Origin: Bacillus subtilis subsp. subtilis str. 168
GTDB lineage: Bacteria > Bacillota > Bacilli > Bacillales > Bacillaceae
Direction: 5' to 3'
DNA length: 32,000 nucleotides
NCBI RefSeq assembly: GCF_000009045.1
Contig: NC_000964.3
Location: 3,480,001-3,512,000 of the forward strand
Of this stretch, positions 25,102-32,000 are shown piece by piece. A program made the translations under genes and the position numbers. The notes below the pieces were generated by a model. It searched no databases. It was given only the letters and a program-made list of their open reading frames with translations, and was not told the DNA's origin. Numbering within the stretch: position 1 is the first letter of the stretch; every line of letters starts with the position of its first letter.

Positions 25102-25953
25102 TTAGCCCTTCGTTCCGCCTGCGGTTAATCCGGACACAAAATTCTTTTGCAGCATAATAAAGATGACGGCAACCGGTATGCTGATAAGCAGGGCTCCGGC
25201 CGCAAATGTCGTATAGCTGGCCCCCATGACATCATTCACTAAATTGAATAGACCGACGGGCAATGTATATGATTCAGGCGTTCTCAATATGGTTGAGGAC
25301 AGCACAAAATCTCCGAGCGGACCGGTAAAGCCGTTCATGGCCACGACTGCCGCCATCGGTTTTGATAATGGCAGAATGATCTGGAAGAAGATTCTGGTGC
25401 TGCTGGCTCCGTCAATCTTGGCGCTTTCGTCTAAATCCATCGGAATGGAATCCATGTACCCTTTCATCAAATACGTATTCATCGGGATCAGGCCGCCGAT
25501 ATAAAGCAAGATTAGCAGCCAGTGGCTATTGATCATTCCCAAGATTTGCGCCAGCACAAACAAGGCAATTAAAGCTGAAAACTGAGGAATCATCTGCAGC
25601 AATAAAAAGAGCGTTAAAGCGTATTTCCTCCCTTTAAACCGAAAGCGCGAAAACGCATAGGCCGTAAACGTCACACAGAGCAAAGACCCTGCCATTGTAA
25701 ACAGGCTGATCTTCATAGAGTTGACATACCACTGCACATATTGAAGGCTTTCCTTGCCCGCAAATAATTCCTTGTAATGATCGAATGTCGGATGCTTCGG
25801 AATGATGGATGTACTGATTAAGCTGTTGCCGGGATTAAAGCTTGCGCCTGCCGTCCAAAGGAGAGGATAAACAATGATGACCGCCATAAAGGCTAGCAAC
25901 AAGTAAGAGAAAAGGAGACGGATATATCTTCTGACTTTCATATCTGCCAGCAT
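25102..25953 (-). CDS. ganQ: galacto-oligosaccharide ABC transporter permease (MalG-like), 283 aa
   Basis: MalG-type permease with EAA-like loop MDESAKIDGASSTRIFFQIILPLSKP; operon position. Confidence 0.94.
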   Translation of the reverse strand: MLADMKVRRYIRLLFSYLLLAFMAVIIVYPLLWTAGASFNPGNSLISTSIIPKHPTFDHYKELFAGKESLQYVQWYVNSMKISLFTMAGSLLCVTFTAYAFSRFRFKGRKYALTLFLLLQMIPQFSALIALFVLAQILGMINSHWLLILLYIGGLIPMNTYLMKGYMDSIPMDLDESAKIDGASSTRIFFQIILPLSKPMAAVVAMNGFTGPLGDFVLSSTILRTPESYTLPVGLFNLVNDVMGASYTTFAAGALLISIPVAVIFIMLQKNFVSGLTAGGTKG

Positions 25954-25956
25954 ACC

Positions 25957-27213
25957 TTATGCCTCCTCTTTAAAAGACTTTGTCTGTCTGAACTGCCACA
26001 ATGCGATGGAGATAACAAATACAGATAATAAAATGGTTAAAGCCGCAGCAAGTGAATATTGGCTGGACTGCATTGTCAATTTATAAATCCATGAAACGAG
26101 GATATCTGTCCCGCCGGCTGTTGATCCGGTTACAGCCGGACCTCCGCCATTGAATAGATAGATAATATTAAAGTTATTAAAGTTAAACGTAAACTGAGTA
26201 ATGATAATCGGAGCCATTGCAATGAACACCATCGGAAGCGTGATGTATCTCAGCTTTGAAAAGACAGAAGCGCCATCAATCGTAGCTGCTTCATACAGAT
26301 CGTCCGGGATGGATTGCAATACGCCTGTTGAGACGAGAAAGATGTACGGAAATCCGAGCCAGCCCTGCATGAGAATCAATGCAAGCCTCGACCAATTGGC
26401 ATCTGTCATCCACGGAAGCGGATCTATCCCGAAGAAAGCCAAGATGTCGTGATTCATCGCACCGAAGCTATCATTAAACAGTCCCGCAAAAATTAAAATC
26501 GTCACAAAACCGGGAACGGCCCATGGCAAAATCAGAATCGTCCGAAAAAAACGTTTAAACCGAAGGTCTTTCTGGTTAACAATGATCGCGAGAAAAATCC
26601 CCAAGGTGACTTGCAGTGTGGATGCAGCAAGTGTCCAAACCACCGTCCAAGCCAGTACATCAAAAAAAGTCGACCTCCAAATATCAACTGTGAAAATATT
26701 TGCGAACGTTTGAAAACCGACCCAATCAATTAATTTTGCAGGAGGAGAATGATACAAATCATAGTTTGTAAACGCTAATGCAAAGCTGAATAAGATAGGA
26801 AAGATCACGGCGAAAATTAAAATAAACAAAGATGGGCCGCTGACGACATAAGGATAGCCCTCAGAAATGATATGCTGGTATTGTTCCTTTAAGGAACTTA
26901 ATGGCTTATTTTCATCACGCTGTTTTCCGCTTTGGAACGCATCGCGAAGATTTACATAATACACCGCAAGGCCAAAGCAGGTCACGATGACAGCAATAAT
27001 CCCTTCCGCCAGCAGAAAAACGGAATTATCCCGCGGCACTTCTGTTCCCAGTGTAAAGATTCCCCAAAACCCCATATTGAGCAGATCTCCAAAGACCGCA
27101 AAAAACGATGCGCCTAAGAAAAGAAAGACAATACCTTTTATCCATTGCTTGTTATAAAATTGCCCGAGTCCCGGAATGATAGAAAGCAACAAAGCGACTT
27201 GACGATGCTGCAC
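25957..27213 (-). CDS. ganP: galacto-oligosaccharide ABC transporter permease (MalF-like), 418 aa
   Basis: MalF-type permease, EAATIDGASVFSKLRYITLPM. GTG start at 27213 fits the AGAGG RBS better than the upstream GTG at 27222. Confidence 0.92.
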   Translation of the reverse strand: MQHRQVALLLSIIPGLGQFYNKQWIKGIVFLFLGASFFAVFGDLLNMGFWGIFTLGTEVPRDNSVFLLAEGIIAVIVTCFGLAVYYVNLRDAFQSGKQRDENKPLSSLKEQYQHIISEGYPYVVSGPSLFILIFAVIFPILFSFALAFTNYDLYHSPPAKLIDWVGFQTFANIFTVDIWRSTFFDVLAWTVVWTLAASTLQVTLGIFLAIIVNQKDLRFKRFFRTILILPWAVPGFVTILIFAGLFNDSFGAMNHDILAFFGIDPLPWMTDANWSRLALILMQGWLGFPYIFLVSTGVLQSIPDDLYEAATIDGASVFSKLRYITLPMVFIAMAPIIITQFTFNFNNFNIIYLFNGGGPAVTGSTAGGTDILVSWIYKLTMQSSQYSLAAALTILLSVFVISIALWQFRQTKSFKEEA

Positions 27214-27252
27214 CGTTTTCACCTCTCTTACAATACAAATCTAGCTTTCTCT

Positions 27253-28518
27253 TTATTTTCCGCTGTGCTTTGCCTTAATTTGTCCTTTGGCCGTTTCAGC
27301 TGCTTGATCCAATGCTTGTTTCGGATCTGCCTTCCCTGTTGCAACCGTCTGTAATGCTGAATCAGCCGGCGTCCATATTTCATTCATTTCCGGAATATTT
27401 GGTGTTGGCTCTGAGAAACGGGATTGTTCAGTAACAGCCCGTGCCGCCTCGCTTTTCATAATAGCCGGGTCATTGGCTAGGGATTTCACAGCAGGAACTT
27501 CTTTCGTTTCTTCATATCGTGTTTTAGAATTTTTTTCATTTGCCAGGAAAACGGCTAATTCTTGCGCCAGCTCTTCATTCTTTGAAAATGCACTGACGTT
27601 GTAGCTTTTGACGCCGATAAAGGAGCTCATGTTTTTCCCATTTTCCAGCTTCGGCAGTTTCGTAATGCCATAATTGATTCCTGCATTCGAAAAGGCTTCT
27701 ACATTCCATGGACCAGAAATAATTGCGGCGGCTTTTCCTTCTGTGAACAGCGATTCCAACACGTTAATCCCTTGTTCTCCAATAATGCCAGCCGGGAACA
27801 GGCCATCTTTGTAAAACTTCTGAATCAGCGCCGCACCTTTGACAGCTCCTTCATTATTGATTCCAATGTCTGACGGGTTATAGCTCCCATCTTTGGCCTT
27901 TCCAAAAATGTATCCGCCATATCCGCTCATCACACTTTCTGCATAATAAATTTGATCGAATAGGGCTAAAAAGCCAAATTTGCTGCCGTCAGCAGTCTTT
28001 TTGGAATAGTCGTACCACTCTTCCAGCGTTTTGGGCAATTCCTTTTCTGTGATGAGATCTTTGTTGTAAAAAAGCACAGTCGTTTCGACCGCTTTTGGCA
28101 GTCCATAAAGCTTTTGATCTACCATTTGAGACTGAATGGAAGCGTCAGTATAAAGTGATTGAACGTCTTTTTTGACATGTAATTCCTTGAGTAATCCTTC
28201 CGTGACAGCGGTTCCGATTTGGTCCCCTGGCATTGTTAACACGTCAGGGCCTGTGCCGGCCGGTCCATCCATTCGCAAATCTTCAATCTGCTTGGCATAC
28301 GGTTTTTCAACGACTTTGACCTTCACATCATGCTCTTTTTCAAATGCAGCCACAGCGTCTTTAATGCCGTTGCTCTTTTCTTTATCCTCCCATACAACAA
28401 GCTCTGACCCTTTTGAACTCGATTTGGCGCTGCTGCTTTCCTTTGGGCCGCAAGCCGCCAAGGATAAACTGACAGCTGCGCAGAGCATGAATACGGAACA
28501 CTTTTTTGCCATTTTCAT
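27253..28518 (-). CDS. ganS: galacto-oligosaccharide ABC transporter substrate-binding lipoprotein, 421 aa
   Basis: Lipobox LSLAACG; maltose-binding-like family; first gene of ganSPQAB. Confidence 0.94.
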   Translation of the reverse strand: MKMAKKCSVFMLCAAVSLSLAACGPKESSSAKSSSKGSELVVWEDKEKSNGIKDAVAAFEKEHDVKVKVVEKPYAKQIEDLRMDGPAGTGPDVLTMPGDQIGTAVTEGLLKELHVKKDVQSLYTDASIQSQMVDQKLYGLPKAVETTVLFYNKDLITEKELPKTLEEWYDYSKKTADGSKFGFLALFDQIYYAESVMSGYGGYIFGKAKDGSYNPSDIGINNEGAVKGAALIQKFYKDGLFPAGIIGEQGINVLESLFTEGKAAAIISGPWNVEAFSNAGINYGITKLPKLENGKNMSSFIGVKSYNVSAFSKNEELAQELAVFLANEKNSKTRYEETKEVPAVKSLANDPAIMKSEAARAVTEQSRFSEPTPNIPEMNEIWTPADSALQTVATGKADPKQALDQAAETAKGQIKAKHSGK

Positions 28519-28542
28519 TGATTGTCACCCTTTCGGTAGGAA

Positions 28543-28556
28543 TGAAAGCGCTTTAA
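28543..28556 (-). promoter_or_regulatory. cre (CcpA) site in the ganS leader
   Basis: TGAAAGCGCTTTAA, one mismatch to TGNAANCGNTNNCA, just downstream of the predicted ganS -10. Confidence 0.7.
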
Positions 28557-28560
28557 AGAT

Positions 28561-28589
28561 AATATAGCATGCCTGAGAAAATGTGTAAA
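28561..28589 (-). promoter_or_regulatory. sigma-A promoter of ganSPQAB
   Basis: Minus strand TTTACA-N17-TATATT. Confidence 0.7.
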
Positions 28590-28623
28590 CAAACTATTTA
28601 CTTCATAGAGTAAATTTTTTTAC
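28585..28623. promoter_or_regulatory. candidate GanR operator region (two GTAAA...TTTAC inverted repeats)
   Basis: GTAAACAAACTATTTAC (28585-28601) and GTAAATTTTTTTAC (28610-28623), at and upstream of the ganS -35. Confidence 0.55.
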
Positions 28624-28634
28624 CTAAATAAAAA

Positions 28635-28656
28635 ATGACTTAGTGTCCTAAGTCAT
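28635..28656 (-). terminator. ganR terminator
   Basis: ATGACTTAG-GACA-CTAAGTCAT followed by T-rich sequence on the minus strand. Confidence 0.85.
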
Positions 28657-28658
28657 CC

Positions 28659-29669
<1,011 letters not shown>

Positions 29670-29687
29670 TCAGCTCGCATTGTTTTA

Positions 29688-29701
29688 GTAAAATATTTTA
29701 C
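29688..29701. promoter_or_regulatory. palindrome upstream of ganR, candidate autoregulatory GanR operator
   Basis: GTAAAATATTTTAC, perfect 14-nt palindrome with the same GTAAA-N4-TTTAC layout as 28610-28623. Confidence 0.5.
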
Positions 29702-29754
29702 TTTCTTTTTCACAAATGTCAAGTGCACAAAGCCCTCTGGCTGCCATGTAAAAA

Positions 29755-29778
29755 GACTGAACCATTTGCGGCTCAGTC
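29755..29778 (-). terminator. terminator of lutR
   Basis: Minus strand GACTGAGCC-GCAAAT-GGTTCAGTC-TTTTT (9 bp, one G-T). Confidence 0.8.
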
Positions 29779-29830
29779 TCAGTTGTTCGTATCATTCGGA
29801 ACCGGCGGAATTGCCCGGGAAATGAGTTGG

Positions 29831-30490
29831 TTATTGCACATTTTCCTCGAAATATCCCGAAAGCACATCTTCCACATTCGTCAAATGCGCCAGCATGGCG
29901 GCTTCCGCCTGTGCACCGTTCCCGGCAGCCACAGCATTGTAAATCCGTTCGTGCTCCTCATACAGCCGCTGAACGGAGGTCTTCTTGGAAAACAGCCAGA
30001 TTTTCCTCGTTTCCCTCATTGTTTCCAGCAGCAATGATGACACGTGATTCATCAAGTGTTTAAGAAGTTCATTTTGAGAAGCGTCCGCAAGCGCAAGATG
30101 AAATGCAAAGTCTGCTTTCTCTCCCAGCTCCCCGTCCGCTTCAATGCTGCCCATTTCCTTTAGTGCATCCTGAATTCTTTCGAGATCTGCTTCTGTCCTT
30201 TTTTCAGCCGCTAGTGAAGCCACGCCGATTTCAAGCAGTTTTCTGACCTCGAGCAGCTGCTTGACGTCCTCTTTTTTCATCAGAAGGGCGGCTGAGAGCG
30301 GCTGAGAAATTTGATTGAGCTCAAATTCCTTCAGATACGTGCCTTCTCCCTGTTTCATTTCGACAAGCCCCATCGCTTTTAGCGCAGAAAGTGCTTCGCG
30401 AACCGCTGAACGGCTGACTTGAAAGCTCTCAGCAAGCGCCTGAACAGAGTCCAGTTTATCCCCCGGCTTCAATTCGCCATTTTTGATCAT
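29831..30490 (-). CDS. lutR: FadR-family (GntR) lactate-utilization regulator LutR; open frame of 219 aa, apparently 5'-truncated by a frameshift (full gene likely 29831..30552)
   Basis: GntR/FadR HTH SVQALAESFQVSRSAVREALSALKAMGLV and an FCD domain. No in-frame start with an RBS is visible in this frame; the expected N-terminus is found in the -1 frame (see findings). Confidence 0.85.
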   Translation of the reverse strand: MIKNGELKPGDKLDSVQALAESFQVSRSAVREALSALKAMGLVEMKQGEGTYLKEFELNQISQPLSAALLMKKEDVKQLLEVRKLLEIGVASLAAEKRTEADLERIQDALKEMGSIEADGELGEKADFAFHLALADASQNELLKHLMNHVSSLLLETMRETRKIWLFSKKTSVQRLYEEHERIYNAVAAGNGAQAEAAMLAHLTNVEDVLSGYFEENVQ

Positions 30491-30595
30491 ATCTAATAGG
30501 GCATCCGCTACTTCTTCATATATTTTTTTGTTTTAATCTGTTTATATTTCAATGCAATTCACCCCGTAACTTGTAGGTCTGGCTGTTTACGATCT

Positions 30596-30601
30596 ATTAT
30601 A
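30596..30601 (-). promoter_or_regulatory. candidate -10 box of lutR
   Basis: Minus strand GAGTATAATAG, 44 nt upstream of the proposed lutR TTG start. The -35 is weak. Confidence 0.4.
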
Positions 30602-30650
30602 CTCTGTTTTGTGGGCCGCCAAAAGATTTTGACTATTTTGTCAAAAAGTC

Positions 30651-30679
30651 TTGTACTTTGATTTTTTTCAAAATATAAT
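30651..30679 (+). promoter_or_regulatory. sigma-A promoter of lutP
   Basis: TTGTAC-N17-TATAAT. Confidence 0.8.
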
Positions 30680-30705
30680 GCTAGGTAACTGGTCTTATTA
30701 CCCAG

Positions 30706-30716
30706 TCATCAGATGA
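30706..30716. promoter_or_regulatory. LutR operator downstream of the lutP promoter
   Basis: TCATC-A-GATGA, same core as the lutA site. Confidence 0.8.
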
Positions 30717-30779
30717 TCATATCATCTATAGAAACCGCTTACATATGGCGCCAGTTTATGTTTCAAGGAGGGGTTTGGG

Positions 30780-32000
30780 ATGCAATGGACACAGGCATAT
30801 ACGCCTATAGGGGGAAATTTGCTATTATCAGCGCTTGCCGCACTTGTACCGATTATTTTCTTTTTTTGGGCACTCGCGATTAAACGGATGAAGGGGTATA
30901 CAGCAGGCTTGGCCACATTGGGGATCGCCCTTATCATTGCTGTATTGGTTTATCGTATGCCGGCGGAAAAAGCGCTGATGTCCGCGACACAAGGAGCCGT
31001 ATACGGATTGTTGCCGATCGGCTGGATCATTGTGACGTCTGTTTTTTTGTATAAAATCACTGTGAAAACGGGACAGTTTGATATCATTCGCAGCTCTGTT
31101 CTCTCGATTACTGATGACCGACGGCTTCAAGCTCTCTTGATCGCTTTTTCATTCGGGGCTTTTTTAGAAGGGGCAGCAGGCTTCGGAGCGCCGGTCGCCA
31201 TTTCTGCCGCGCTGCTGGTCGGTCTCGGCTTTAATCCTCTTTATGCTGCGGGGATCTGTTTGATCGCCAATACGGCGCCGGTTGCCTTTGGGGCAATTGG
31301 GATTCCAATTACAGCCGTAGAAGGGCCGACAGGGATTCCGGCGATGGAGATTTCGCAAATGGTTGGGCGGCAGCTGCCGTTTTTATCCGTATTTATTCCT
31401 CTTTATTTAATCATCATCATGAGCGGGTTCAGGAAAGCCTTGGAGATCTGGCCGGCGATTCTCGTATCCGGTGTTTCCTTTGCTGTTGTTCAATATCTCA
31501 GTTCCAATTTTTTAGGGCCTGAGCTGCCCGATGTTTTGTCAGCTCTTGTTTCAATGGCTGCGCTTGCTGTGTTTTTGAAATGGTGGAAGCCGAAAACAAC
31601 ATTCCGGTTTGCCGGTGAACAAGAGTCGGCCGCCTCAATTGAAACGGCGCGCACAAATCCGGCGGCGCCTGCATACAGAGGCGGACAGATTTTTAAGGCT
31701 TGGTCGCCATTTCTGCTGCTGACGGCGATGATTTCCGTATGGGGCATTCCATCTGTCAAATCCGCGCTGACCGGGCATTATGAAGGCTCTGCGGTGTTCT
31801 TGAAGTGGCTGAATGCTGTTGGAGAAAAACTGACTTTTTCCCCCGGTGTGCCTTTTTTGAACAATCAGATTGTCAATGCTGACGGTACGCCGATTGAAGC
31901 GGTTTACAAGTTGGAGGTGCTTGGTTCGGCCGGCACCGCGATATTGATTGCCGCAGTGCTGTCAAAATTCATCACGGCGATTTCGTGGAAAGACTGGGGA
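30780..32000 (+). CDS. lutP: L-lactate permease (LctP family), N-terminal 407 aa, truncated by window end
   Basis: ATG at 30780 behind AAGGAGG reads MQWTQAYTPIGGNLLLSALAALVPIIFFFWALAIKRMKGY...SFGAFLEGAAGFGAPVAISAALLVGLGF...; open to the window edge, so absent from the ORF track. Confidence 0.94.
   Translation, partial: MQWTQAYTPIGGNLLLSALAALVPIIFFFWALAIKRMKGYTAGLATLGIALIIAVLVYRMPAEKALMSATQGAVYGLLPIGWIIVTSVFLYKITVKTGQFDIIRSSVLSITDDRRLQALLIAFSFGAFLEGAAGFGAPVAISAALLVGLGFNPLYAAGICLIANTAPVAFGAIGIPITAVEGPTGIPAMEISQMVGRQLPFLSVFIPLYLIIIMSGFRKALEIWPAILVSGVSFAVVQYLSSNFLGPELPDVLSALVSMAALAVFLKWWKPKTTFRFAGEQESAASIETARTNPAAPAYRGGQIFKAWSPFLLLTAMISVWGIPSVKSALTGHYEGSAVFLKWLNAVGEKLTFSPGVPFLNNQIVNADGTPIEAVYKLEVLGSAGTAILIAAVLSKFITAISWKDWG

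Noticed and set aside
30722-31759. Minus-strand ORFs (71, 100, 64 and 89 aa) antisense to lutP
   Set aside because: The plus strand carries a continuous LctP-family permease open to the window edge. These are shadow ORFs.

Overview
This 32 kb window is chromosomal core sequence from the Bacillus subtilis group, recognised from the proteins and the gene order. Left to right it contains: the 5' end of tpiA, then pgk, gapA and cggR (glycolytic operon, minus strand); araE (-) and araR (+); yvbT (-), yvbU (-), yvbV (+); yvbW (-) with a T-box leader; yvbX (-); lutABC (-); the yvfRSTU ABC-transporter/two-component operon (-); rsbQ-rsbP (+); ganSPQAB with ganR (-); lutR (-); and the 5' part of lutP (+). 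I found no mobile element, CRISPR array, phage, rRNA or tRNA. I also found no convincing undescribed defence or accessory system. The most notable observation is an apparent 1-nt deletion in an A7 tract near the 5' end of lutR. It separates an RBS-preceded TTG start and the first residues from the rest of the reading frame. Other points of interest are paired LutR-type operators at both lut promoters, repeated GTAAA-N4-TTTAC palindromes at the gan promoters, a 16-nt cre-like sequence present identically at both ends of araE, terminator-like hairpins inside two operons, and a cluster of TGTCA half-sites upstream of the poorly characterised yvfRSTU operon.
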